From an uncultured Gemmatimonadales bacterium (GTDB lineage: Bacteria > Gemmatimonadota > Gemmatimonadetes > Longimicrobiales > Gaopeijiaceae): 64,000 nucleotides of DNA. Below the pieces are notes generated by a model, which was not told the origin of the DNA, searched no databases, and worked only from the letters and a program-made list of their open reading frames with translations. The position numbers and the translations under genes were made by a program. Shown in pieces: positions 46,600-56,362 of the stretch (within the stretch, counting starts at the first letter, position 1; the number at the start of each line of letters is the position of its first letter). Location: contig CAWELD010000010.1 of assembly GCA_963809895.1 (NCBI GenBank), positions 736,001 through 800,000 of the forward strand, in the 5' to 3' direction.

Positions 46600-46673
46600 C
46601 GTGGTCACGGTCTGGCCTCCGGAACGCGAGCAGCCCAGTTTGGCGTGTCCTGAACACGCATCGCGGAGTCTCC

Positions 46674-49439
46674 ATGAACGCCACCACCTCGCGCCTGGCG
46701 CGGCCTGCGCTCCTGGCCGTGCTCTCCCTCCTTCTCCTGCTGTCTCCCGCCGCGGCTCGCGCCCAGGCGGTGCCCACGCCCGAGTCGGTCCTCGGGCACC
46801 GGGTCGGCGAGGACTTCTACCTCGCCACCTACGAGGAGTCCATCTCGTATCTCCAGGCCCTGGACGCGGCTTCGGATCGGGTCGAGCTCCGGCAGGTAGG
46901 GGTCACGTCCATGGGCCGGCCGTGGTACGTGGCGTTCATCTCCTCGGCCGACAACCTCCGCAACCTGGACCACTACCGGGAGATCGCGCAGAGGCTGGCC
47001 CACCCCGAGGGCCTCACCGACGCCGAGGCCCATAGGCTGGCCGCCGAAGGGAAGGCCATCGTCCACATCGACGGGGGACTCCATGCCACCGAGGTGGCGG
47101 GCGCGCAGCACACGATCCAGCTCGCCTACGACCTGGCCACCGGCGACGCCGACCCCGAAAAGGCGGCCATGCTGGAGAACGTGATCCTGCTCCTGTGGCC
47201 CTCCATCAATCCCGACGGGCAGACCATGGTGGCGGACTGGTACCGCTCCAACGTGGGAACCCGCTTCGAGGTCGCACCGCTTCCGGGGCTCTACCAGAAG
47301 TACATCGGCCACGACAACAACCGCGACGGCTACATGATCAACATGATCGAGTCGCGCACGGTGACGCGGGTGGACCGGGAGTGGGAGCCCCAGGTCCTGT
47401 ACAACCACCATCAGACGGCGCCCTTTCCGACGCGCATCTGGATTCCCCCCTTCGCCGAGCCGGTGTCGCCCATCGTGCATCCCCTGATGTGGCGCACGGT
47501 GAATCTCATCGGCATGGCCATGGCCGAGGCGCTGGAGGAGCGGGGCGAGAAGGGTGCCACCCACATGGGCTCGGGCTTCGACAACTGGTACCCGGGCTTC
47601 CTGGACCACGCCAACAACTTCCACAACGTGGCGTCGTTTCTCACCGAGACGGCGCTCTACCGCTACGCCACGCCCCACTTCTACACCGTGGGGGACTTTC
47701 CGCAGAACGCCCAGGACCTGCGCCCGCAGTCCCTCTACTCCTCGCCGTGGGAAGGCGGATGGTGGCGGCTGCGCGATGCGGTGGACTACATGCTCACCGC
47801 CTCGTTCTCGGTGCTGGACTTCGCCGCGAAGTACAAGACCGACCTGCTCTACAACCGCTATCAGGCCGGCCGCGACGTGACGGCGGACTACGCCGGATCG
47901 CCTCCCTACGCGTACTTCATCGCGCAGGATCAGAGGGATCCCGTGGCGCCGGTGGAGCTGCTCCGCCGCCTGGCGTTCAACGGCATCCAGGTGGACCGGC
48001 TCACCCGCGACGTGACCTTCGAGGGCGTGACCCATCCGGCGGGGACCTGGGTCATCCCCATGGACCAGCCCTTCGCCAACTACGTGCGCCAGCTCTTCGA
48101 CGTGCAGCAGTATCCCGACCTGCGCGAATATCCCGAGGGCCCGCCGGACCAGCCGTACGACATCGCGGGGTGGACGCTGCCGTACCAGATGGACGTGAAG
48201 GTCGTGGCGGCCCATTCGCCGCTGGGTGACGTGCGCGACGCGTTGGAGCCGGTTCAGGGCGAGGCGGTGGCCTGGGACGCCGACGACGGCGACGTGTCGC
48301 CCTTCGACACCCCGCCGGGAGTGGGCTTCGACAGCAATCCGGTGGCGGCGGGCATCGTGCCGCTTCCGGGGCGCGTACGGGCGTCGGGCTCGGCGCTCAT
48401 CCTGGACGCGGCGCAGAACAACACCTTCAAGGCCCTCAACCGCGCGTGGGAGCAGGGCGGGCGGGTGAGCTTCGCGGCCGGCGAGACCGGTGAAGGCGAG
48501 GCAGCGGGCTCCACCGGCTACTGGCTCGTCAGCGGCCTGTCGGGCAACGCCCGCGAGGCCCTGGTGCGGGACTTCCACCTGCAGGCCACGGGCGGCTCCA
48601 TGCCGTCCACCGAGGTGGCCCGACCCCGCATCGGGCTGTATCACCCCTACTCCGGCAACATCGACGAGGGTTGGACCCGCTGGGTCATGGAGATGTACGG
48701 ATTCACCCCGGAGGAGCTGCTGGATCCCGACGTACGCGCCGGCGACCTGGAGAGCCGCTACGACGTCATCATCCTGGCCGACATGGGTGGGCGTCAGATC
48801 ATGCAGGGGATGCAGGAGGGCTCCGTGCCGGGACGCTACGCCGGAGGGATCGGGCCCGAGGGGGTGCGGGCACTGGACGATTTCGTGCGCGCGGGCGGCA
48901 CGCTGGTGACCATCAACGGCTCCAGCAACTTCGCCATGGACGAGCTGCACCTTCCGGTGCGTGACGTCACCGACGGGCTCCGCCGCAACGAGTACTTCGT
49001 CAGCGGCTCCATCCTCGAGGTGCTCACCGACCCGTCGCACCCCGTCATGAGCGGGATGCCGGAGCGGGCCGCCGTCATGGTGGGTTCGAGCCCGGTCTTC
49101 GCGACGGAAGACGGATTCCAGGGGCGGGTCCTGGCCAAGTACGATACGGAAGGCAGCCCGCTGCTGTCGGGCTACCTGCTGGGCGAGGACCACATGAAGG
49201 GGTACGCCGCGGCGCTGGACGTGAAGCACGGCCTGGGCCGCGTCGTGCTCTTGGGGCTGCGTCCCCAGTGGCGGGGACAGCCCTTCGGCTCCTTCCGCAT
49301 CCTCTTCGACGCAGCCCTCTACACGCGGGCCGTGGCCGGGGCGGTGGCCGACAGCACCGACTTCTGGTCCGCGCCCGAGCCCGAGGCGGTGGACTCGGCC
49401 ATGGGTGGCCCCGGACGACGCGGAGGAGGAGGGCGATGA
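46674..49439 (+). CDS. Secreted M14-family zinc metallopeptidase (paralogue 1)
   Basis: Signal peptide; GLHATE (HxxE), INPDG, HDNNRD, NHHQ; C-terminal GATase-like region. Confidence 0.9.
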   Translation: MNATTSRLARPALLAVLSLLLLLSPAAARAQAVPTPESVLGHRVGEDFYLATYEESISYLQALDAASDRVELRQVGVTSMGRPWYVAFISSADNLRNLDHYREIAQRLAHPEGLTDAEAHRLAAEGKAIVHIDGGLHATEVAGAQHTIQLAYDLATGDADPEKAAMLENVILLLWPSINPDGQTMVADWYRSNVGTRFEVAPLPGLYQKYIGHDNNRDGYMINMIESRTVTRVDREWEPQVLYNHHQTAPFPTRIWIPPFAEPVSPIVHPLMWRTVNLIGMAMAEALEERGEKGATHMGSGFDNWYPGFLDHANNFHNVASFLTETALYRYATPHFYTVGDFPQNAQDLRPQSLYSSPWEGGWWRLRDAVDYMLTASFSVLDFAAKYKTDLLYNRYQAGRDVTADYAGSPPYAYFIAQDQRDPVAPVELLRRLAFNGIQVDRLTRDVTFEGVTHPAGTWVIPMDQPFANYVRQLFDVQQYPDLREYPEGPPDQPYDIAGWTLPYQMDVKVVAAHSPLGDVRDALEPVQGEAVAWDADDGDVSPFDTPPGVGFDSNPVAAGIVPLPGRVRASGSALILDAAQNNTFKALNRAWEQGGRVSFAAGETGEGEAAGSTGYWLVSGLSGNAREALVRDFHLQATGGSMPSTEVARPRIGLYHPYSGNIDEGWTRWVMEMYGFTPEELLDPDVRAGDLESRYDVIILADMGGRQIMQGMQEGSVPGRYAGGIGPEGVRALDDFVRAGGTLVTINGSSNFAMDELHLPVRDVTDGLRRNEYFVSGSILEVLTDPSHPVMSGMPERAAVMVGSSPVFATEDGFQGRVLAKYDTEGSPLLSGYLLGEDHMKGYAAALDVKHGLGRVVLLGLRPQWRGQPFGSFRILFDAALYTRAVAGAVADSTDFWSAPEPEAVDSAMGGPGRRGGGGR

Positions 49440-52171
49440 GGGGCCCGGCCAGCCGGCGGCGCCGGCCGTCGTGGCCGGGAGCGGTGCTGTCGGCGGCCGT
49501 GCTCGCAGCCCCGGGGGTCGTCGGCGCCCAGACGCTCCCCACCCCCGAGTCGGTGCTGGGCTTCCGCCCGGGCGCCGACTACCACCTGGCCACCTACGAG
49601 CAGTCGCTGGAGTACTTCCAGGCCCTCGACGCCGCGTCGGACCGCATCACCCTGGTGCGCACCGGCACCACGTCCGAGGGCCGGCCCTGGTACTTCGCCG
49701 TGATCTCGTCGCAGGCGAACCTGCAGGACCTGGATCATCAGCGGGAGATCGCGCACCAGCTCGCGAATCCCCAGTCACTGAGCGAGGACCAGGCCCGGGC
49801 GCTGGCCCGTGAGGGCAAGGCTATCGTCGATATCAACGGCGGCCTGCACGCCACCGAGGTGGCGGGGGCGCAGCACACCATCCAGCTCGCCTACGACCTG
49901 GTGTCCGGCTACGACAGCGATCCCCGCATCCGCGCCATCCTGGACGACGTCATCGTGGTGCTGTGGCCGTCGCTCAACCCCGACGGTCAGACCATCGTGG
50001 CGGACTGGTACATGGGCAACGTGGGCACGCCCTACGAGCTGGCCCCGCTGCCGCGCCTCTACCAGAAGTACATCGGCCACGACAACAACCGTGACGCCTA
50101 CATGCTCAACATGGTGGAGTCCCGGGTGTTGGCGCGGACCTGGCGCGCCTGGGAGCCCCAGATCATCTACGTGCACCACCAGTCCTCGCCCTTCCCGACG
50201 CGCATCTGGCTGCCGCCCTTCGCCGAGCCCATCGCGCCCCGGGTCCCGGCCCTGATGTCGCGTGAGGTGAACACGGTGGGCATGGCCATCGCACAGATGC
50301 TGGAGTCCCGGGGCATGCCCGGCGCCACCCACATGGGCACGGGGTTCGACGCGTGGTATCCCGGCTACGTGGATTACATGCCCATGCTCCAGAACGAGGT
50401 GGCGTTCTGGACGGAGACGGCGCTCTACGCATACGCGACGCCCAACTTCTACACGCTGAGCGATTTTCCGCAGAACCGGCGGGACCTCAGGGCCGAATCC
50501 CTCTATCCGAGCCCCTGGCGCGGCGGATGGTGGCGGCTGCAGGACGCCGTGGACTACATGCGTGTGGCGTCGCTGGCGGTGCTCGACTACGCCGCCAAGT
50601 ACCGGGAAGACCTGCTCTTCAACCGCTGGCAATCGGGCCACGACGTGGTGGAGCGCTACCGTTCCTCGCCGCCCTACGCCTGGTTCGTGCCGCAGCAGCA
50701 GCGGGATCCCGTGGCCGCGGCGGAGCTCCTGCGGCGCCTGGCCTTCAACGGCGTGCGCGTGGATCGCCTCACGAGCGAGATCACCCACGACGGCCTGACC
50801 TGGCCCGAAGGCACCTGGGTGATCCCCATGGATCAGCCCTTCGGGGAGCTGGCGCGTCAGCTCCTGGAGGTCCAGGAGTATCCGGATCTGAGGGAGTATC
50901 CCCAGGGGCCGCCGGAGCAGCCCTACGACGCCGCGGGCTGGACGCTCCCGTACCAGATGGACGTGGAGGTGGAGCCGGCCCAGTCGCCGCTGAGCGACGC
51001 CACCCGCGCGGCGTTGGAGCCCGTCCAGGGCGATGCGGTCGCCTGGGACGCGGACGTGGACGACGCCTCGGCCTTCGACTCGGCGCCCGGTGTGGGCTTC
51101 GACAGCAATCCCGTGGCCGCCGGGATCGTCCCGCTGGCCGGGCGCATCACCGGGTCGGGCTCGGCTCTGTATCTGGACCCGGCCCAGAACAACTCGTTCG
51201 CCGCGCTCAACCGGGCGTGGGACGCCGGCGCCACGGTGCGCTGGGCCGCGGGCCGGGACGGGTCGGCGCCCGCGTGGGTAGTGGAAGGATTGTCGGGCGA
51301 CGCCCAGCGACGCATGGCCGACGAGCTCCATCTGCAGGCCCGCCGCGGCTCGGCGCGGGGGGCCCGCGTCGGTCGGCCGCGCGTCGCGCTCTATCGTCCC
51401 TGGACGGCGAGCATGGACGAGGGCTGGACCCGCTGGCTCCTGGAGCGCTACGACTTCCGCTTCGCGTCGCTCTACGACGCCGACGTGAGAGCCGGCGATC
51501 TGCATTCCCGCTACGACGTGATCATCCTGCCCTCGGAGCGCGCCTCGCGGATGGAAGACGGGTTCGCCGAGGGCACCGTGCCCGGCCGCTACGCCGGGGG
51601 CATGGGCGAGGACGGCGTGCGCGCCCTGGAGGCCTTCGTGCGCGACGGCGGCACGCTGGTGGCGCTCAACTCGGCCACGGATCTGCCCATCGAGGCCTTC
51701 GGCCTGCCCGTTCGCAACGTGGTGGCCGGCGTCGGACGTGGGAGCTTCTTCTCGTCGGGCTCGATCCTTCAGGTGCGGGCCGATACCACGCACCCGGTCA
51801 TGGCCGGGTCGCGCGGCCGGGCCCCGATCTTCTTCGACCGGAGCCCGGTGTTCACGACCACCGAGGGCTTCCAGGGGCGCGTGCTCGCGGCCTATGCCGA
51901 TGAAGGATCTCCGCTCCTTTCCGGGTATCTTCTGGGAGAGGAACACCTGCAGGGCTACGCCGCGGTGGTGGAGGCGAGGCACGGGGCGGGCCGGGTGCTG
52001 CTGCTGGGGCTGCGCCCACAGTGGCGTGGGCAACCGTTCGGCTCGTTCCGGATCCTCTTCAACGCCGCGTTGTACACGGGGGCGGTGGCCGGCGCTGCAC
52101 CGGACCGGCCAGACTTCTGGACCGCACCCGGCGACGACGACGACGAGGGGTCGGCTGGAGGTGGGGATTGA
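49436..52171 (+). CDS. Secreted M14-family zinc metallopeptidase (paralogue 2)
   Basis: Same motif set; ATGA overlap with paralogue 1. Confidence 0.9.
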   Translation: MRGPASRRRRPSWPGAVLSAAVLAAPGVVGAQTLPTPESVLGFRPGADYHLATYEQSLEYFQALDAASDRITLVRTGTTSEGRPWYFAVISSQANLQDLDHQREIAHQLANPQSLSEDQARALAREGKAIVDINGGLHATEVAGAQHTIQLAYDLVSGYDSDPRIRAILDDVIVVLWPSLNPDGQTIVADWYMGNVGTPYELAPLPRLYQKYIGHDNNRDAYMLNMVESRVLARTWRAWEPQIIYVHHQSSPFPTRIWLPPFAEPIAPRVPALMSREVNTVGMAIAQMLESRGMPGATHMGTGFDAWYPGYVDYMPMLQNEVAFWTETALYAYATPNFYTLSDFPQNRRDLRAESLYPSPWRGGWWRLQDAVDYMRVASLAVLDYAAKYREDLLFNRWQSGHDVVERYRSSPPYAWFVPQQQRDPVAAAELLRRLAFNGVRVDRLTSEITHDGLTWPEGTWVIPMDQPFGELARQLLEVQEYPDLREYPQGPPEQPYDAAGWTLPYQMDVEVEPAQSPLSDATRAALEPVQGDAVAWDADVDDASAFDSAPGVGFDSNPVAAGIVPLAGRITGSGSALYLDPAQNNSFAALNRAWDAGATVRWAAGRDGSAPAWVVEGLSGDAQRRMADELHLQARRGSARGARVGRPRVALYRPWTASMDEGWTRWLLERYDFRFASLYDADVRAGDLHSRYDVIILPSERASRMEDGFAEGTVPGRYAGGMGEDGVRALEAFVRDGGTLVALNSATDLPIEAFGLPVRNVVAGVGRGSFFSSGSILQVRADTTHPVMAGSRGRAPIFFDRSPVFTTTEGFQGRVLAAYADEGSPLLSGYLLGEEHLQGYAAVVEARHGAGRVLLLGLRPQWRGQPFGSFRILFNAALYTGAVAGAAPDRPDFWTAPGDDDDEGSAGGGD

Positions 52172-52215
52172 GGCGCTTCGGAGCCTCAGGTCGAGACTCG
52201 AGGACGGATTAGTCC

Positions 52216-53019
52216 ATGTTTCCCATGACGCCGTGGGTTCGGCGCCTTCTCATCGCCAACGTGGTGGCCTTCATCGCCACGCGTCTGGCGCCGCAGCTGT
52301 ACTACGCACTCGCCTTCGTCCCGGCTCTGGCGCTGGTTCGACCCTGGACGGCAGTAACGTACATGTTCCTGCACGCCGGGCTCATGCACATCTTCTTCAA
52401 CATGCTGGCCCTGTTCTTCTTCGGGCCGCGGCTGGAGAACCGGCTCGGCGCGAAGTCGTTCCTGTGGCTGTACTTCCTCGGCGGACTCGGCGGCGCCGCC
52501 TTCAGCGTCTTCTTCGCGCCCCAGTACCCGGTGGTCGGCGCATCGGCTGCCGTATACGCGGTGCTGCTCGGCTTCGCGCTGTACTGGCCCAGAGAGCGCA
52601 TCTACATCTGGGGCGTGCTCCCGGTCGAGGCCTGGCTGCTGGCCACCATCATGGTCGGCTTCAGCCTGTGGGCCGGCCTCTCGGGCGCGCAGTCCGGCGT
52701 GGCCCATTTCGCCCACCTGGGAGGACTGGCCTTCGGCTTCGCCTATCTCAAGGTCCGGGACTGGCGCCAGGGATCCGCCAGGCGGGAATTCAAGCGCAAG
52801 CTGGAGCAGGGCGCGAGTGGAGGCTCGGCGTCGGCCGGCGTGCTTCAGGAGCGCTCGGCGCTGCGGCGCTGGGAGGGCATTCCGGTGGACGCCCTCCACG
52901 AGTTGAACCGCGAAGAGGTGCTGGTGCTTCTGGAGAAGGCGCGCACTCTGGGCGTGCGAGGCCTCAGCCTGGCCGAGCGTCAGTTCCTGGATCGGATGGC
53001 GGCCAGCACGGGGCGATGA
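52216..53019 (+). CDS. Rhomboid-family intramembrane serine protease
   Basis: PW..TYMFLH, HIFFNM, GASA (Ser), AHLGG (His). Confidence 0.92.
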   Translation: MFPMTPWVRRLLIANVVAFIATRLAPQLYYALAFVPALALVRPWTAVTYMFLHAGLMHIFFNMLALFFFGPRLENRLGAKSFLWLYFLGGLGGAAFSVFFAPQYPVVGASAAVYAVLLGFALYWPRERIYIWGVLPVEAWLLATIMVGFSLWAGLSGAQSGVAHFAHLGGLAFGFAYLKVRDWRQGSARREFKRKLEQGASGGSASAGVLQERSALRRWEGIPVDALHELNREEVLVLLEKARTLGVRGLSLAERQFLDRMAASTGR

Positions 53020-53026
53020 CGATGGT

Positions 53027-53060
53027 GGCCCCGCCGCCGGTGACCAACCGGGGCGGGGCC
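53027..53060. terminator. Hairpin between convergent genes
   Basis: GGCCCCGCC-GCCGG-TGACCA-ACCGG-GGCGGGGCC. Confidence 0.55.
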
Positions 53061-53065
53061 GGCAA

Positions 53066-53278
53066 TCAGACCTTGGCGCGGCAGGTTTCGATGCCCAGGA
53101 CCTTGTATGCGGGACAGAAGCCCACGGCGGCGGTCACCAGCAGGACCAGGCCCACCGCACCGGCCACCCAGCTCCAGGGAGCGGCGAGCATGCCGCTCAT
53201 GAATCCAAGCCAGAGCAGGGCCAGGCCGGCGACGACCCGCACGCCGCGATCCAGGCCACCTTCGTTCACCTTGAACAT
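53066..53278 (-). CDS. DUF2892 (YgaP-like) membrane protein
   Basis: NEGGLDRGVR...TAAVGFCPAY..LGI.TC. Confidence 0.9.
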   Translation of the reverse strand: MFKVNEGGLDRGVRVVAGLALLWLGFMSGMLAAPWSWVAGAVGLVLLVTAAVGFCPAYKVLGIETCRAKV

Positions 53279-53389
53279 GTCGAGGCCTCCGTGGCGAGAC
53301 TCGGGAACGGGGGTACGCACTCAATCTGACGCGGGGCCCCCGGGCCGTCTGTCGGGTGGGGGCTGCCGGCGCCTGTGGGGAGCCTCCCC

Positions 53390-54010
53390 ATGAGCGGCGG
53401 GGGCGGGTACCCCATTCCCGCGCGCACGCGCCGGGTCGAGGAGACCATCCAGCGGAGTCGCTTCATCACGGCGGTGGCGCACGCGCCCAACGCCGACGCC
53501 GCCCAGGCGTTCCTCCAGTCCATGCGCGACGAGTTTCCCGACGCCACCCATCACTGCTGGGCCTTCGTGGCGGGCCCCCCGGGCAGCACCACCACCATCG
53601 GCATGAGCGACGACGGCGAACCCCACGGCACCGCAGGGCGTCCCATGCTCACGACGCTCCTGCACTCCGGCGTGGGCGAGATCGTGGCCGTGTGCACGCG
53701 CTACTACGGGGGCACCAAGCTGGGCACCGGCGGGCTGAGCCGGGCCTATTCCGGTGGGGTGAAGCTGGCGCTGGACGGGTTGGAGCTGGAAGACCGGATC
53801 GACCGGGCCCTTCTCGAAGTCGAGGTCGGGTACGCCCACGTGGACGGCTTGCAGCGGCTCCTGGACGAGGTGGACGGCCTGCTCGCCCAGGAGGGCTACG
53901 GCGCCAGCGTGCGCTACGAGGTGGCGGTGCCGGAGACGGCGCTGCCCCGCTTCGAGCGGGCCCTCGCCGATCTCACCTCGGGCGAGGGCAAGGTCCGCCG
54001 CCTGCGCTGA
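53390..54010 (+). CDS. yigZ: YigZ/IMPACT-family protein
   Basis: IQRSRFI, DATHHCWA, SDDGEP.GTAG, RYYGGTKLGTGGL.RAY. Confidence 0.92.
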   Translation: MSGGGGYPIPARTRRVEETIQRSRFITAVAHAPNADAAQAFLQSMRDEFPDATHHCWAFVAGPPGSTTTIGMSDDGEPHGTAGRPMLTTLLHSGVGEIVAVCTRYYGGTKLGTGGLSRAYSGGVKLALDGLELEDRIDRALLEVEVGYAHVDGLQRLLDEVDGLLAQEGYGASVRYEVAVPETALPRFERALADLTSGEGKVRRLR

Positions 54011-54040
54011 GCCTGGATTCCCCGGGGCTCGGGGCGGAGG

Positions 54041-54697
54041 TCAGGGGTAGAGGCGCACGGTGCTCCAGCCGCCGCCCTCGCCCCGGGTCCAGAGCCAGCG
54101 GTCGTGGAGGCGGTCGGCGCGGCCCTGCCAGAACTCGATCCGCTGCGGTACCACCCGGTAGCCTCCCCAGAACGGGGGCAGCGGCACTTCGTCTCCGTCG
54201 AAGCGGGCCTCCAGGTCTCTCACGCGGGCCTCGAGCTCCCTGCGCTCGGCCAGGGTCCTGCTCTGCTTCGAGGCCCACGCACCGATACGGCTGCCGCGTC
54301 CACGCGTGCGGAAGTACGCGGCCGATTCCTCCTGGCTGACACGCTCCACGGGGCCCTCCACCCGGACCTGTCGCTCCAGGATCGCCCAGTGGAAGACCAG
54401 CGCCGCCCGGGGATTCGCTTCCAGCTCGTGGGCCTTCCGGCTCTCGTAGTTGGTGTAGAAGGAGAATCCCCGATCGTCGACCCCCTTGAGGAGCACCATG
54501 CGGGCCGATGGACGGCCCTCGGCGGTGGCGGTCGCCAGCGTCATGGCCTCGGGAAGGAAGAGCCCCGCTTCCTGCGCCTCACGGAACCAGTTCCGGAAGA
54601 GATCGACGGGGTTCTCGTCGCCTTTCGGGTCCGGCAGACCCACCGCGACACCGCGGCCGAACGTCCACAGAGCACGGAGTCGAGAGACGAGGGACAT
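54041..54697 (-). CDS. pdxH: Pyridoxine/pyridoxamine 5'-phosphate oxidase
   Basis: PSARMVLLK, FYTNYESRK, RQVRVEG, GAWAS.QS, EFWQGR..RLHDR. Confidence 0.96.
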   Translation of the reverse strand: MSLVSRLRALWTFGRGVAVGLPDPKGDENPVDLFRNWFREAQEAGLFLPEAMTLATATAEGRPSARMVLLKGVDDRGFSFYTNYESRKAHELEANPRAALVFHWAILERQVRVEGPVERVSQEESAAYFRTRGRGSRIGAWASKQSRTLAERRELEARVRDLEARFDGDEVPLPPFWGGYRVVPQRIEFWQGRADRLHDRWLWTRGEGGGWSTVRLYP

Positions 54698-54775
54698 GAG
54701 ACGATCCTGTTTCGCGCCGGGGATGGCGCCTTAGATTCTCTGGTGTACGGTGGTCATTCCACGAACCTCCGCCCG

Positions 54776-55186
54776 GTGAGCACGATCGTGACAGCCAACG
54801 AAGACGACGACAAGGGCCGGGTAGTCCGCGTCCTGCTGGTTGATGACGACCCGAACATCCTGAACGTGTTCCGGTCCGGGCTGGAGTTGCACGGCTTCGA
54901 GGTCGTCACCGCGTCATCCAGTCAGGAAGCCATGGAAACGGCGAGCTCGGTTTCCGAGCCCCTGGATGTGCTGGTGGTCGACATCAACCTGCCCGACGGC
55001 TTCGGCTCGAGCCTGGCGCTGGGTCTGCGGCAGGTCCATCCCGACACGAAGATCGTCTACATGTCGGGCTACGCGCGGCACGATCCCATTCTGCAACAGG
55101 GCATCGAGGAGCACATGGTCTTCCTCAACAAGCCCTTCTCCATTGCCGAGCTGGCCTCTACCATCCGGCGGGTGGTCGAGGATTGA
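54776..55186 (+). CDS. Single-domain response regulator
   Basis: LLVDDD, VVDINLPDG, MSGY, FLNKPF; start approximate. Confidence 0.88.
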   Translation: MSTIVTANEDDDKGRVVRVLLVDDDPNILNVFRSGLELHGFEVVTASSSQEAMETASSVSEPLDVLVVDINLPDGFGSSLALGLRQVHPDTKIVYMSGYARHDPILQQGIEEHMVFLNKPFSIAELASTIRRVVED

Positions 55187-55205
55187 CGCCGCTGCCCGCC
55201 GCGTC

Positions 55206-55982
55206 TCAGAAGATGCGGATGCCCAGGAGCAGGCTCGACGTGATGATGGCCCCGTAGCGGAAGACCTGACTCCAGATCCTCCGGTTGGGCTTCTCGGGCA
55301 CCTCGATGAGGTCGCCGGCTCTGAGCCCGAGCTGATCCAGGGAGCGGCCGTCCTGCAACGCCTTGGCCACCTGTTCGCCCTCCATGAGGGTTTCCGGGCC
55401 GCGTTCCAGCTTGATCTTGTCCATGTCGGCTTCGCGGCTCGGGGCGCCGGCCTCCATGAGGGCGTCGCTCAGGAGCATGTCCGACGGAAGGACGTAGAAG
55501 CCCGGGGTGCCGATCTGTCCCTGGAGCTGGAGTCGCACCATGGACTGCGTGCGCACCTTGGGCTCCTGGATGTAGCGGGCCAGCTCCTTGGTGAGGTGCT
55601 CCTGGAGCTCCGCACGGAGCACGCCCTTGAGCGGGATGTTGCCGATATCGGGCAGCGTGATGCTCGGACCGGGCTCCACCACCAGGGTGTCGGGCAGCTC
55701 GGTCTCACCCTCGACCTGCAGCCAGATCCGGTCTCCCACCCGGAAGTCTCCCTGCTCGAGCCGCTCGCGGATACGGGTCGCCTCGTCGCGGGCGTCGCTC
55801 CGCACCCCGCCGGAGTACGCCGACGAGTTGGCGACGGCCTCGTAGCGGGCCAGGAGGTCCTGTAGCTCCGTACGGGTCACGTGCAGTCGAGCCGGATCCC
55901 AGTCCTCCGGGGATTGCTGACCCCGGACAGAGACCGGGAGGGTGAGCGTCAGGGCCAGCAGGGGCCAGAGGATACGTCGCAT
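55206..55982 (-). CDS. Polysaccharide export / SLBB-domain protein (Wza-like)
   Basis: Signal peptide; FRVGDRI, ITLPDIG, G.I.PG.Y, LSDALMEAG, LRAGD.IEVP. Confidence 0.82.
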   Translation of the reverse strand: MRRILWPLLALTLTLPVSVRGQQSPEDWDPARLHVTRTELQDLLARYEAVANSSAYSGGVRSDARDEATRIRERLEQGDFRVGDRIWLQVEGETELPDTLVVEPGPSITLPDIGNIPLKGVLRAELQEHLTKELARYIQEPKVRTQSMVRLQLQGQIGTPGFYVLPSDMLLSDALMEAGAPSREADMDKIKLERGPETLMEGEQVAKALQDGRSLDQLGLRAGDLIEVPEKPNRRIWSQVFRYGAIITSSLLLGIRIF

Positions 55983-56362
55983 CAGGATTCGGGGTCTGGA
56001 GTGGTCGATGTGTTCGAGACGAGCGAGTGCACGTCGCTTGCCGCGATCCCGATCGTGCTGGTCCGTCATGGTCATTTGTACTCCTCAGGCGGCGCGAAGA
56101 GCCGGTGGAGTGAGGGGCCCGGCTTCTCGGGTGTCCGGCTTCGGCATCCGCGGCCGGCAGGGGTCAAGGCTCCGTGAATCGTTGCACGATCGCAACAATA
56201 TCTTGCGCTCACGCATCAGAAATCGCACTCTCGTCTCCTCGAAGCTGCAACGATTTCGCGTCGCCTTTGCCACCGCACGACGGGGCCGGGGCAAGCACGG
56301 ATCTTGCTTCTGAGGTCGACAACACCTTCCTCCATCTCCTGCGCGGCAGGCTTCGGGCGTCC

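Noticed and set aside
46096..46608. Minus-strand Val/Leu/Pro-rich and Ser-rich ORFs over the acidic tract
   Set aside because: Alternative frames of the GAC/GAG repeat; the plus-strand ORF has the promoter, RBS and terminator.
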